Positions 6,239 through 16,523 of a DNA stretch of 30,482 nucleotides are shown here, piece by piece (position 1 is the first letter of the stretch; each line of letters begins with the position of its first letter). The stretch lies in IMG/VR virus record IMGVR_UViG_3300010882_000007; one strand, 5' to 3'. Origin of the DNA: a virus. Below the pieces are notes generated by a model that worked only from the letters and a program-made list of their open reading frames with translations, was not told the origin of the DNA and did no database searches. Both the position numbers and the translations under genes were made by a program.

Positions 6239-7230
6239 TGGTGCATTTAACACTTTGGGAAACATCGGGCAATATACACGAAGTAATACGCAATTTAATT
6301 GCCCAAAGCGCGGCATTTGACCCCGTGCGACAAGTTATGATAGACGATGTCGCAATTAAGATAGAATACGGCTTCGTAAATCTTAATGCACCTATTCCTT
6401 TTTTTGCGCGCCCGATAGAAAGTCAAGGATATAGCGTATTTCTTAACTTTAATAAGAATGTTCTCAGATTGGAGAGTTCAACAACATTCTTAAATGATTT
6501 TTTTAACGACCAAACAAACGAAAAATCAAGCACCTTGTATTTCAATGACGCCGAAATTATAAATTTTACCACTACCACAAGCATAGTATCTAACGCTCAA
6601 TTCCCAATAGTTTATAACAGGTGCATATTTAGGAATGTAATATTTGGGACGACTAATTATGCGTTGAGTTTTTATTCTTGCATTATCCATACTAATGACG
6701 AATTTTTGTTTTTTAATAGATTTTCAATGACTTCGGCGCCATTGAAAATGAAAAATTGCATTTGCCTGTTTGGCGGAACTTTAGACCTTACAGCTATGCC
6801 GCCGCCAAATAACTACGACATTAAAAACTGTGTATTTGTAAACATTACAGGGTTTTCAAGTTTGCATTCAAGCAACATCCAAAACCCATCTGCTGGAGTT
6901 CTCAGTCAAATGTTCAGTCGGTTTTATTTAAGAAATGGCGATATTAGGATAAACAATGCAAACATCCTCCCGTGGAGCCAGTTTGCCAATTTGGGCGACA
7001 AGTGGGACACTCAAAACTTTATGAACAGAGTTCCGATAGTTCCAACGGGTTTACAGCCCCAACTTCAGCCGCTCGACCCGATACAGACATTTGACATCTC
7101 GTGGGCTGAGTGGACAGCTCCCGTCTGCGGTTGTCGAAATATGCTCGACACAAGCTTCAGCTACGGCGATTTAAAAGACCCCAACGACTGGACGATAAAG
7201 TTAACCGAACACAGAGAGGCAAGCGTATGA
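6238..7230 (+). CDS. Hypothetical structural protein, possibly beta-helix-like
   Basis: TAATG stop/start overlap with GGAGG upstream. Periodic hydrophobic/N-C-rich rungs (RCIFRNVIF, YSCIIHT, KNCICLFGG, KNCVFVNITG). Fold assignment is speculative. Confidence 0.6.
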   Translation: MVHLTLWETSGNIHEVIRNLIAQSAAFDPVRQVMIDDVAIKIEYGFVNLNAPIPFFARPIESQGYSVFLNFNKNVLRLESSTTFLNDFFNDQTNEKSSTLYFNDAEIINFTTTTSIVSNAQFPIVYNRCIFRNVIFGTTNYALSFYSCIIHTNDEFLFFNRFSMTSAPLKMKNCICLFGGTLDLTAMPPPNNYDIKNCVFVNITGFSSLHSSNIQNPSAGVLSQMFSRFYLRNGDIRINNANILPWSQFANLGDKWDTQNFMNRVPIVPTGLQPQLQPLDPIQTFDISWAEWTAPVCGCRNMLDTSFSYGDLKDPNDWTIKLTEHREASV

Positions 7231-7291
7231 GCAGAACGCGCGCGTAATGCTGAATTTCTGAGAAATTTATGATTTTACTTGATTTTTTTGC

Positions 7292-7321
7292 ATTGTAAAT
7301 ATTAGTAGGAGGTAATTTTTA
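7292..7321 (+). promoter_or_regulatory. Conserved upstream motif copy
   Basis: aTTGTAAATATTaGTAGGAGGtaattttta, then ATG at 7322. Located in a 91-bp intergenic gap. Confidence 0.6.
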
Positions 7322-8233
7322 ATGCTGACATATCAACGAATTATAAATACGCTACCAGTGCAATTACAGGACTATATCAGAGATAATAGCGAATGGATAA
7401 TGCTGATAAACAACGCCGTGCGCCGCGCAGTTATGCAGTCCCGAAGATTTAAAAAACTGGAGACATCAGCACCGCTTCCGCTCGGCACATCCTCGTCTCC
7501 TATTGCTTTGGGAGTGGACGGACTGAAAACATTCGACAAGACATTCACGGCTAATTTCGGCGACATCAACGAATGGACGAATGGTGTATCGCCTGTTGTG
7601 CGGAATTTTGTATTTGAAATGAACAACGACAGGGTCAGGGTTGAAGTTATGGGCTTCGGCGACCAAGAGCATTTTGACAAATTACGCAACAAAGACCTTG
7701 TCCAAATATACACATACGAAAGAGAAGTCGAATTCATTGTCTTGAAATACGAAAAAACTGTTGATGAATACTGGGACGACGACGCAATACCCGGATGGGA
7801 ATTGGTGCCCGATCATCACATTTATGTTAAGCAATATCCGTATATGCGCCCGACAAACGACCCAATGAGATTAGTTGCCGATATAGCAACGTTTGCAGGC
7901 ACAGAACACAACAACGACATAATGTATTACTTCTATCCGCAACACACTATAAAATCGCTTTGGGAAGACATTCTGCCGCTTGTAAATGCAGACGCTCCGC
8001 TGTCGGAACAGTTGCTTTGCGACCCGATACTCGTAAATCTCATACGCCTCGAACTGAAAAAGTCCGTTTATGAGTTTATCGACGACACAACCGAAGTTAT
8101 CAGGATGGACACATACCAAGAAGAGATAGACGCAGAAGTGCAGAGAGTGAAAATAACGGTGAATACAATACCGTCCGAGGCGACACTTCCCAAAGTTAAC
8201 CCGTTATCCGTATCTCCGATTAACTTTTTGTGA
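7322..8233 (+). CDS. Hypothetical structural protein
   Basis: 303-aa ORF preceded by the motif and AGGAGG. No family recognised. Confidence 0.8.
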   Translation: MLTYQRIINTLPVQLQDYIRDNSEWIMLINNAVRRAVMQSRRFKKLETSAPLPLGTSSSPIALGVDGLKTFDKTFTANFGDINEWTNGVSPVVRNFVFEMNNDRVRVEVMGFGDQEHFDKLRNKDLVQIYTYEREVEFIVLKYEKTVDEYWDDDAIPGWELVPDHHIYVKQYPYMRPTNDPMRLVADIATFAGTEHNNDIMYYFYPQHTIKSLWEDILPLVNADAPLSEQLLCDPILVNLIRLELKKSVYEFIDDTTEVIRMDTYQEEIDAEVQRVKITVNTIPSEATLPKVNPLSVSPINFL

Positions 8234-8245
8234 GGATAATATGAT

Positions 8246-8389
8246 ATGCGCATACACCAAATACCCCAGCCGACAGAAGAAACGCAAGCAATCTTCGATT
8301 TGTTATCAGGAATTGCTGAGTCTTTGCAAAGATTGCAGGCAGACGTGCAAGTTTTGCTTTCAAGAGATGAAAGAGAGAGGACGGTTTAG
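8246..8389 (+). CDS. Possible 47-aa helical protein (MRIHQIPQPTEETQAIFDLLSGIAESLQRLQADVQVLLSRDERERTV)
   Basis: GAGGA 9 nt upstream. Its stop abuts the TTG start of the next ORF. Below the ORF-track cutoff. Confidence 0.4.
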   Translation: MRIHQIPQPTEETQAIFDLLSGIAESLQRLQADVQVLLSRDERERTV

Positions 8390-8791
8390 TTGGCATTAAA
8401 TTTTAATTATATTGAGCCTTACGACTGTCGAGTGGAGACAACCCACTTTAACGATGAAGACTACAACGAAAACGAGCTTCTCAAAGTAGATGTTTACGCA
8501 AATATATACGAAAAAAACACAATGCATAATTTCGGCAATCTTAATCTGTATGTAAAATGTCGCGATGGCAACACACTGCCGACAGGCGGAATTCGCAGAC
8601 AACATAATTTCTCACAAAACAGCAACGTCGATGAAATCACGCTTTTGTATGGAAAAGGTATAATTTCCGACGGCTTTAGCGTTGTAATGGAATGCGACAG
8701 CGACGCAATGCCAAAATACTTGGGCGCAACCGTGCATTTGATACCGCGCCGCATTCGTTCAACATATTCAAAGCGGGGTTCTCGTGCCTAA
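8390..8791 (+). CDS. Hypothetical protein
   Basis: 133-aa ORF with a TTG start. Overlaps the next gene by 8 nt. Confidence 0.65.
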   Translation: MALNFNYIEPYDCRVETTHFNDEDYNENELLKVDVYANIYEKNTMHNFGNLNLYVKCRDGNTLPTGGIRRQHNFSQNSNVDEITLLYGKGIISDGFSVVMECDSDAMPKYLGATVHLIPRRIRSTYSKRGSRA

Positions 8792-11534
8792 ATCACTAAA
8801 TTACGCAATATTCGGCGACAGTTATTCGGAGTTCCTGCTTAACGAGTTTAGGCGAGAATATCCGAACACCGCCAAAGAAATACTGAATATGATACCCTCA
8901 TCGCTCCTTGAGCCTGAGAAACCTATGACTACTCAAAATATTGCAACCTTACAAACCGAATTGTCTCGACCTTTTGAAACAGGCTTTGCAGATACTTCAC
9001 AGTTTGTAAGGTTGCAATCACTTAAGTCAATTTCCGTGGGCGACTACATTTATTCGCTCGTCGGCGTGTGGGGGAGGGGAGCACTTGAAAAATTCCAAAT
9101 TAATTGGAACATCGTAGAGTGGAACGTGAAAACAAATGAGATTTTCACATTCTCAAGCGTGATAAATTTCACAAGTGAGCAGGATTTACCAAATGGAATG
9201 CCGCTTGACGACTTCGCGCCAAATTTCCTGATGTGGTATGACTACGACAGGAAGCGAGTATATGTTAGTTTTAACGGCGATATATTTTATATGGCGATAA
9301 ATCCGCAGACTGCGAGTATATCGCTTAATTCTCCCATCCAAGTAATAAATATGCCGACGGTTAATACTATAACGTCTGTTATGGCAACGGCGGCGACAAA
9401 TAACAGCGCAGTTCACGGCTCGCAATTCGACGTATTTAATTCGGCGGCTTTTCGTCCGTCGTTTGTGCAGTCTGTTGCTACTTGGTGCAAGCAGAATAAT
9501 TTACCGAGAGCGCACAGGTCGCGAATTGGCTGGTTTCTTGAGCAATTCTCGGGTGAGGGACGCTCTCAAGATATAATACAGGGAAATTTGTTTGTTTGGG
9601 CAAATCCTGCGGCAATACCTACGCCCTCTGCCGTTCCGAGTTTTTGGTTTACTCAAACAAATATTTCCCCTGTTCTTAACGATGTTGTTGTTGCGATGGG
9701 CACCGCGCCTGCCGCATTTACTCGGATTTTTCAGTTTCAGGTAAACGAGCAGACAGGAAATAACGAGTGGGTGCTGACATACGATGACCAAGTTGCGGGA
9801 ATGGCAGACAGGACGATATACTCGCCGTCATTCACGGGGTCATTATCGCAGGCGCTTAATGTTAATCCGACAATTTCGTTCATCTTTCAGCCGATTAAGC
9901 TCGAAACTGAAATCAGCGCGCCGTCATTTACATTTGTTAAGCCTCAGATTGAGGAGGATGTAGATATTAGCGAGAAAACAATCGATATGAGCGCTATGCA
10001 AATTATAGGAACAGATAATTCGGGAGTCGCGCGTTTCCCTGCGCGACTATATGCAAACCATCCCAATATGTGGAATGATAACCCTGATAAAACACAAATT
10101 ATGACAATTTCGCCTATAAATTCTGTGTCGGGAACTACGGCGAATGAGCAGTTGTATCAAGAAAACGAATATTATTTTATGGATATTTCAGGCAATCTTG
10201 TTGACCCGATGGATACGTATAATGCAATGCGGGTTTATCGGACTGTTCAAAGCGAGAATTCGGCGCAGAATACTTTCCATTTTGTTTGCGATTTACCTTT
10301 AAGTATCAATATGGGGCAAAAGTTTTGGTATTATACAGAAAGCACAGGATATAAGGTAAATCAACTTCAACCCAACTTTAACCCAAACCCTAATTTTGCG
10401 GAGGTTTTAGAGGGGATGTCATTTGACGATATTCTCAGAAATATCTCTGCGCGATTTAATGCGTTCGGTTTGTCGAATATCGGAAATATCGGAATTCAGG
10501 CAGTTATTCCGATGGACAACTTCAAAGTGTTCGCATTTGACAATTGTGTTGGGATAACGCAGAATTACAGAAACGGAACTGCGGCAAACAACGACCAAAC
10601 GGACACATTCAATCCAAACCGTGGAGTTCTGACGTTTCCCGAAAAGGTGCTTAATATCGGATTGCTCAACGATGACATCTTGGTGATGACCACAAATGGC
10701 ATTTATTCAATCGACAGCGTTTCGACGAACATATTTATTGGCAACGACGGGATAAGAGACTTTCGCCGAAATCAACGCCGAGTATTTAACGTCAATTTCT
10801 CGACAAAAGAGCAACTTTATATAACGTCCCAAAACACGCCGATGATAATCGGGGACAACGGGAAACTGTTTAACGAGCGCGGCGAAGTAAATCTGCAGTG
10901 GGGCTACGAAAACAGATACAAAAACACTAAAACCTTGTCGATTGCCGAGACACTCACCAAAATGGTGATACACACGCCGCGCACTATCGGCATTCGCAAT
11001 CAGATGTTTACGGTTTACACTGAGGACGTCCTGCACAACGGATGGGCGACGTATGCGCGGAACATCACGAAAGATAAAGACAACACACAGCACGATTTGT
11101 ATGATTTGGTAAATTTGGTAAATTTCGGAAATGATATATTTTCGTTTTACGTTGAACACGGAGAAAGCGACGTTTTCATAATAACAAAACTTTTTGACGA
11201 CACATACAAGGACTACCGAGACAGATTTTTCACGGTTATCCAAAAACTTATCGGGATAATACTAAGCGCGCAACCGAACAATTACCAAGTTTCGCACTCC
11301 TTGGAGGTTTGGGTTGGTTGTGCGCTGTATTCCCACGAGGATATATTCAGCACAGCAAGAGAGAACGGCTCTCTGCTGACAGTTCCGGGTTGGGCGCGTC
11401 CGTTCAAAGCGGGCGTAATATCCGACCAAAACGCGATTGTTTATCTGATGAATATTGATACATTCAAAAACTTGCACGATTCGGGCGGCGGCATAGTTGT
11501 CAGGATGTTTGCGCCGTCTGCATTTGGATTGTAA
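8784..11534 (+). CDS. Large hypothetical virion protein (916 aa)
   Basis: Longest ORF in the window, with a GTG start. It lies in the structural arm just upstream of the putative portal. No family motif recognised. Confidence 0.8.
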   Translation: MPKSLNYAIFGDSYSEFLLNEFRREYPNTAKEILNMIPSSLLEPEKPMTTQNIATLQTELSRPFETGFADTSQFVRLQSLKSISVGDYIYSLVGVWGRGALEKFQINWNIVEWNVKTNEIFTFSSVINFTSEQDLPNGMPLDDFAPNFLMWYDYDRKRVYVSFNGDIFYMAINPQTASISLNSPIQVINMPTVNTITSVMATAATNNSAVHGSQFDVFNSAAFRPSFVQSVATWCKQNNLPRAHRSRIGWFLEQFSGEGRSQDIIQGNLFVWANPAAIPTPSAVPSFWFTQTNISPVLNDVVVAMGTAPAAFTRIFQFQVNEQTGNNEWVLTYDDQVAGMADRTIYSPSFTGSLSQALNVNPTISFIFQPIKLETEISAPSFTFVKPQIEEDVDISEKTIDMSAMQIIGTDNSGVARFPARLYANHPNMWNDNPDKTQIMTISPINSVSGTTANEQLYQENEYYFMDISGNLVDPMDTYNAMRVYRTVQSENSAQNTFHFVCDLPLSINMGQKFWYYTESTGYKVNQLQPNFNPNPNFAEVLEGMSFDDILRNISARFNAFGLSNIGNIGIQAVIPMDNFKVFAFDNCVGITQNYRNGTAANNDQTDTFNPNRGVLTFPEKVLNIGLLNDDILVMTTNGIYSIDSVSTNIFIGNDGIRDFRRNQRRVFNVNFSTKEQLYITSQNTPMIIGDNGKLFNERGEVNLQWGYENRYKNTKTLSIAETLTKMVIHTPRTIGIRNQMFTVYTEDVLHNGWATYARNITKDKDNTQHDLYDLVNLVNFGNDIFSFYVEHGESDVFIITKLFDDTYKDYRDRFFTVIQKLIGIILSAQPNNYQVSHSLEVWVGCALYSHEDIFSTARENGSLLTVPGWARPFKAGVISDQNAIVYLMNIDTFKNLHDSGGGIVVRMFAPSAFGL

Positions 11535-11553
11535 ATATTTGTAGGAGGTATAA
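11528..11553 (+). promoter_or_regulatory. Conserved upstream motif copy (consensus form)
   Basis: aTTGTAAATATTTGTAGGAGGTATAA, then ATG at 11554. The stop codon of the 916-aa ORF is the TAA inside the motif. The 26 nt are identical to the minus-strand copy at 21696..21721. Confidence 0.65.
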
Positions 11554-13641
11554 ATGAAAGTCAAACCTGTTAAATATACGGATGAGCAGTTTAACGATAC
11601 AAAACTAAAATATTGGGATGAAAATTCAACACGGTTATTTTATAACTTCTCCGAGGTTATCCGCCAACGCAGGCAATTTTGGAACGAAGAGCTAAACAAC
11701 AGATACAGAAACAGACTGATTTCACAAGGGAAATTGCTCCCAAACAGCTTGCGCGCCAAACTCAAGGACTTGCTGAAATACGACCCCATTGAGCCGAATA
11801 TCGTATCAACCGTGTTGCAAAACCTCACGGATAATGTGTATCGCGCGCATTTTCACGGCAGAATTAAGGCGATAATGAACATCGAGAACTCAATCGACGC
11901 CGCAACAATGGACTTGCTGATTAAGGGATTGAAAACACAAATAGGTTTTGAAGACAAACTCCGCGAATTGGTGAAAGTAGCAGTGTCGGAGGGATTTTAT
12001 CCGTTCCTGAAAATAAATGTTTTGGACAGCGACGTTGGCGCGGGACGTATTGAGCTTCAAGTTTATTCGTCCGACAGCACGCTTCCCGATATGCGAGTGT
12101 ATCAATCAGGCTCGGATGTGGAAGATATAATCCTGATTGACCACATCAAAAACGACGATTTGTATATTTTATACGACGACAAAAAAGATATTATCGACGA
12201 ATATTTGAGCCAATACAATGAGGATTATGTAAGCAGTGTCAGCAACCGACAGGTTATGATAGGCAGAGAAGATTTTCAACAGAGATTTGACCAACTGAAA
12301 ATCAGCCCGTCGGGAACGAGCCTGAGCAACCGCGATTATGCTTGCCGCTATACTTGGCTTCGTAGTGTTGTTGTCGATTGCGCGTGTTTTGTCGATACCG
12401 AAACGAGCAACGAGATAATAATCACGCCCGACTGGACGGAAGACGACATTTTATTCTTCCAAGATACAAACCCGACGTATGCGCTTGTAAATCGCACTCG
12501 AAATGTGATATGGGAGACGGCAATGACCGACCGAGGCATAATTCTGCGGAACAGAATGCACCCGATACAAATCCCGACAACCGACAGGCGCGTTTCTTTA
12601 CCGGGTGTTTGTTATGTTCCAAACATAATCAGCGGAAAAGTGGAGGCGTTTACGGACGTTATCGCACACGATTTGCAAAACTTGGCACTGACGGCTACAT
12701 TTGCACACGACGCAATGTTTATGAGCGGCGGAAAGACGCTTATTTCGGAGCGCGGAACATTCGACGAAGCAACCAGCGACGAAGTCATTAGACAGCAATT
12801 ATCGGCGCGTTTTGGACACTTGATAACAACCGAGGGCGGAGTGTCGGGCGGACGTTTCCGTGTGGATGTGCAAACGCCGAACACCTCCTTGCTCGAATAT
12901 TACAACATCCTGAACGACCGAATTAAAGAATACACGGGCATAAATCAAGAAATGCAGGGGCGCACGCAGGCTTCAAGTAGTAATTATCGCACGTCAATGA
13001 ATATTCGGCAGGCTTTGTCCTCCAAGTCTGCCTACATAAACAACCTCAACAAATGCGACGAAAACCTTACAAACATACTTTTATACCTGTTTTGTATGAC
13101 TACGACAAATCAAGAAGTGTTTATAATCACCGACGACGCAGGCACCGAAGAAATGGTAGAAGTCAATCAGATTTCGCAAGACAAAGCAGGGCGCATAATT
13201 CGAGTGATGAACGACCTGAGACAGGGTAAGTTCAGGTATTTCATAGCACAACAGAATTCAAGCGCGCTTAACGACGACATCGAAGCCGAGGCAATGCAGG
13301 AGTTTATGATGGCAAACGGAAGCACAATACTTAATTTAATGCAAGGCGATATGAAAAAAGCGGCGATGATGTTTAACACAATGCCATACGCCAAAATAAG
13401 AGAAATGGGCGAAGCTTTGGAAAATCAGATGGACGCTCAGGCGGACGAAGCAGGACTTGACGGCGCACCTCCGATGGAAGACGGAGAAATGCCCGAGGGC
13501 GGCGCACTTCCTCCCGACGAGCAAATGGCGGACGGCAATGTTCCCGTGGGCGCAGAGGATATTGACCCGAACACAAATCCGCAACAATACGACGATTATA
13601 TAAATGCACAGCTCGGCATTAACGCAGGGATGGTGGCATAA
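11554..13641 (+). CDS. Putative portal protein
   Basis: 695 aa, a portal-typical size, with a long acidic, Pro/Gly-rich C-terminal tail (DAQADEAGLDGAPPMEDGEMPEGG...). Located in the structural arm. Inference only; no diagnostic motif verified. Confidence 0.5.
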   Translation: MKVKPVKYTDEQFNDTKLKYWDENSTRLFYNFSEVIRQRRQFWNEELNNRYRNRLISQGKLLPNSLRAKLKDLLKYDPIEPNIVSTVLQNLTDNVYRAHFHGRIKAIMNIENSIDAATMDLLIKGLKTQIGFEDKLRELVKVAVSEGFYPFLKINVLDSDVGAGRIELQVYSSDSTLPDMRVYQSGSDVEDIILIDHIKNDDLYILYDDKKDIIDEYLSQYNEDYVSSVSNRQVMIGREDFQQRFDQLKISPSGTSLSNRDYACRYTWLRSVVVDCACFVDTETSNEIIITPDWTEDDILFFQDTNPTYALVNRTRNVIWETAMTDRGIILRNRMHPIQIPTTDRRVSLPGVCYVPNIISGKVEAFTDVIAHDLQNLALTATFAHDAMFMSGGKTLISERGTFDEATSDEVIRQQLSARFGHLITTEGGVSGGRFRVDVQTPNTSLLEYYNILNDRIKEYTGINQEMQGRTQASSSNYRTSMNIRQALSSKSAYINNLNKCDENLTNILLYLFCMTTTNQEVFIITDDAGTEEMVEVNQISQDKAGRIIRVMNDLRQGKFRYFIAQQNSSALNDDIEAEAMQEFMMANGSTILNLMQGDMKKAAMMFNTMPYAKIREMGEALENQMDAQADEAGLDGAPPMEDGEMPEGGALPPDEQMADGNVPVGAEDIDPNTNPQQYDDYINAQLGINAGMVA

Positions 13642-13751
13642 TGGGTTATATTTGGGTTTTGGTAGTGGGCGCAGTGGTGCTTGCAGGTTTGGCATTGGCA
13701 ATTAAAAAATTAGATGAAAGAGAGTTAATGAATGGATTTGAGCGGTATTTT
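13641..13751 (+). CDS. Possible 36-aa single-TM peptide (MGYIWVLVVGAVVLAGLALAIKKLDERELMNGFERYF)
   Basis: TAATG overlap with the portal stop. Strongly hydrophobic helix. Overlaps the next ORF by 20 nt. Confidence 0.3.
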
Positions 13752-14226
13752 TAACGGATATAACAGCTTAAATTACATCCAAACCGTGGGTTTGGTGGTG
13801 ATGGCTATATTTTTAGTTAAAAGAGGAATTGTAATTCAGGGGAAAGACGGCAAAAAGATTGCTATCGGGCAGACAGGCAAGAGCGAAAGCGACAAATATA
13901 AAAAAGATAAGCACAGAATTAACAGCGATGATATGCGTTTGTTGTCGGATTTTTACGTGCAAATATACGGTGTCGACAGGGAAAATTTAATCGGATATCA
14001 CGTTTTTGGCACGCTCAAAGACAATATGGAACGCTCGCTTGATATAAATCACATAAATTGGGACATTGAAAAGTATCTCAATCAATATATGCGCGACACT
14101 TCGGGATTTATCCACAGGCAAATGTGGCGTGCAATAGAGGGAAGCGGAGCAAACACGCGGCTTTCGGAGAGCGATTTCAATTCTCTTGTTTTGATAGTTC
14201 ATAAAATTATGGAAAGGAATAAATGA
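13732..14226 (+). CDS. Hypothetical protein with an N-terminal TM helix
   Basis: 164-aa ORF. Hydrophobic segment TVGLVVMAIFLV. ATGA overlap with the next gene. Confidence 0.75.
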   Translation: MDLSGIFNGYNSLNYIQTVGLVVMAIFLVKRGIVIQGKDGKKIAIGQTGKSESDKYKKDKHRINSDDMRLLSDFYVQIYGVDRENLIGYHVFGTLKDNMERSLDINHINWDIEKYLNQYMRDTSGFIHRQMWRAIEGSGANTRLSESDFNSLVLIVHKIMERNK

Positions 14227-15911
14227 TTATGGCTGAACAAATAACACCACCGCCGCCGCAACAAACGAATACGCCGCCGCCAATTACTACGCCGCAAAAC
14301 ATACACCGCCAACAGTTGGAGCAACAGAAGCAACAGCAACAACAACAACAACAGTTGCAAAAACAGTTGCAACAGCAGGCGCACGCTCAGCAACAGGCGG
14401 CTTCAAAGACACAGCAAAACGTAGATATTGCGTCATTACAGCGCAATATGCAAAACTTCAGCGCGGCACAACAGGCAGGCGCAAGAGACCAAAACGCCGC
14501 CGCAATTCAGGCGCAACGCGAGGTGCAGGAAAACAAAGGACGGCAGAGAGACGAGCAACTGGCACAATATCAACAAATGCTTGGTCTGCAAGGTCAGCAA
14601 AAGGTAGATTTGACAGGCAGGCTTCAAAGCGAGCAGGCGGCATTTGACCGTTGGGCTCACGGTGAAAATGTAAGGATTGACAATGAAGAAATTGAGCATT
14701 TCAACCGTCTTTTTGACGAGGCACTCTACCACTTGGATTGGAATAAAGTCCAGCAGTTAATCGACCTCCGCCCCGACTTGTTTAATCAGGGAACGCTTAA
14801 TTTAGCATACTTTGAAAACTTGGAAGCCGAACTATCGGCAAGAATACAGGCGGCAAACGACAGCGGAGACTTTTTGGAAGCACGCAGGCTTGATAGCGAA
14901 TTAAAGCAAATTACAGATATTTTGGATAAGATTTCGCGCGGAGAACAGCAGGATTGGCGTCAAAACATAGAAACCGAAATACAAACGTGGAGCAAAATGC
15001 CTCCCGAAGATTTTATCCGTCAACACGGTGCCGAAGTAAACATAATGATAAATACGATTGACAGAGCTTTTTCTGCTCCCACTCCCCAAGTGCAGGCAAT
15101 TAAACAGGCTATTCTGAAAGAAACAGGATTGCACGCGATAGACACGCAAAGCCTCATCACGGCATTTTTGAACGGCGATATATCAATGGAACAACTGCAG
15201 GAAATATCGTATATGACAACCGTTCTTGCAAATATGCCCGAAGACCCGCAAGAAAGAGCCGCATACTTCGCAAACTCAAACTTAGAGAATGTGGCTCAAC
15301 GTTGGATAATTGAGGATGGCGTCGAGCATATTATGGAGGACTTGGAGGCAGGAATAGCGGGCGTTGACGGTATTTCTGCCATTTCAGTTTGGGATAGGAT
15401 AATGGAAAATGAGCGTGTTATCACACCGGGAAGAGACCCCAAGAATGATATAGACACATCCGTTCGCATAGCTCCTGAGGGGTTTAAGTTTAATTATTGG
15501 GGTAATGATATGAATGCTGTTAGCAACAGACAGTTTGAAAAACAGCCATATATCAACTTGATGGATAGTTTTGTGTCATCAGGAGTTATTAACCAAGAAT
15601 CGGCTGATATATTAAGAGCGACTTTTGAAATTCCTTTAGGAGAATGGCGAAATATAGGGCTTGGAATGATGGACTTTTTTAATAGCATACCCCCTGAGTT
15701 GACGGATGAAATATTTAAAATTGCCTTAAATCCGTCGAATAGCCAATGGGGGCACCTACAATGGAATAACATATTCGGTGATAACCCAAGACATATCAGA
15801 CACACCGATAATATAAATAATTGGAAAAGCACAAGAGCGGAAGATATGGATTCTGTTTTACAAATTTTGGGAGATATCTTAAATGCAATGTCTCATAATT
15901 TTTGGCAATAA
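14223..15911 (+). CDS. Gln-rich hypothetical protein (putative internal virion or ejection protein)
   Basis: 562 aa. N-terminal PPPPQQ...QQKQQQQQQQQLQKQLQQQ tract encoded by CAA/CAG runs at about 14325..14400. Function is inferred from position only. Confidence 0.75.
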   Translation: MIMAEQITPPPPQQTNTPPPITTPQNIHRQQLEQQKQQQQQQQQLQKQLQQQAHAQQQAASKTQQNVDIASLQRNMQNFSAAQQAGARDQNAAAIQAQREVQENKGRQRDEQLAQYQQMLGLQGQQKVDLTGRLQSEQAAFDRWAHGENVRIDNEEIEHFNRLFDEALYHLDWNKVQQLIDLRPDLFNQGTLNLAYFENLEAELSARIQAANDSGDFLEARRLDSELKQITDILDKISRGEQQDWRQNIETEIQTWSKMPPEDFIRQHGAEVNIMINTIDRAFSAPTPQVQAIKQAILKETGLHAIDTQSLITAFLNGDISMEQLQEISYMTTVLANMPEDPQERAAYFANSNLENVAQRWIIEDGVEHIMEDLEAGIAGVDGISAISVWDRIMENERVITPGRDPKNDIDTSVRIAPEGFKFNYWGNDMNAVSNRQFEKQPYINLMDSFVSSGVINQESADILRATFEIPLGEWRNIGLGMMDFFNSIPPELTDEIFKIALNPSNSQWGHLQWNNIFGDNPRHIRHTDNINNWKSTRAEDMDSVLQILGDILNAMSHNFWQ

Positions 15912-15923
15912 AGGAGGTAAATA

Positions 15924-16346
15924 ATGGCGGCAGGAACAGCGGCGGCGGCAACAGCAATAACTGGAGCATTAGCGGCGGGAACATCGGCGACAATGTCGGG
16001 CGTGCGCGGAAAACGCAATCGCAGACAACAACAAAGACAATGGCAGGCAGAATTTGACAACGCAAATAGGCAGTGGGAGCAACAATTCGCTTTCGGACAG
16101 CAACAACACGCCGACAACGAACTCCAACGCGCGTGGGAGCGTCAATGGGGCGACGTGCTTAACAACCTCCAAAGACAGCAAGGACAGCTTGATGTATCCG
16201 AGGGCGAAGAGGGCATACGCACAAACAGAATTATGCACCAAATGCAGAGAAACGACGCGCAAAGACAAATGAGCGCATTACAAAATATGACCCTTGGAAT
16301 GGGCGAAGCGTTGGCAAACGCAAGAGGAAGCAGATTAAGGAGGTAA
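15924..16346 (+). CDS. Hypothetical protein with an Ala/Gly-rich hydrophobic N-terminus and a Q/R/W-rich body
   Basis: AAGGAGG upstream. Sequence begins MAAGTAAAATAITGALAAGTSATMSG, followed by RQQQRQWQAEFDNANRQWEQQF... Confidence 0.8.
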   Translation: MAAGTAAAATAITGALAAGTSATMSGVRGKRNRRQQQRQWQAEFDNANRQWEQQFAFGQQQHADNELQRAWERQWGDVLNNLQRQQGQLDVSEGEEGIRTNRIMHQMQRNDAQRQMSALQNMTLGMGEALANARGSRLRR

Positions 16347-16348
16347 AT

Positions 16349-16513
16349 ATGGGTGTAAACATTTTCAAAGATTGCATTATAACCGAAGCAGGGCGTTATG
16401 TATGTTTTGATAAAGAAAGCCAAAAGCTTTACATAATCGAAAAAAATGAAGTGTCGGTTTCTGAATTATCAAAAAAAGAACTTCACCAGCTTTTAAAACA
16501 CGTAAGCAAGTAA
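16349..16513 (+). CDS. Small hypothetical protein (54 aa)
   Basis: AAGGAGG 5 nt upstream. Sequence: MGVNIFKDCIITEAGRYVCFDKESQKLYIIEKNEVSVSELSKKELHQLLKHVSK. Fills the gap between flanking genes. Confidence 0.6.
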   Translation: MGVNIFKDCIITEAGRYVCFDKESQKLYIIEKNEVSVSELSKKELHQLLKHVSK

Positions 16514-16523
16514 GGGGATAAAT

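Noticed and set aside
11528-11553. Considered whether the conserved motif is a Bacteroidota-type -7 promoter (TAnnTTTG).
   Set aside because: The sequence reads AATATTTG, not TAnnTTTG. The genome also uses strong AGGAGG Shine-Dalgarno sites, which argues against a Bacteroidota-type host. The host remains unassigned.
14325-14400. CAA/CAG-rich tract considered as a noncoding microsatellite or an assembly artefact.
   Set aside because: It is in frame within a 562-aa ORF and translates to a continuous Gln-rich segment flanked by normal sequence. It is treated as coding low complexity.
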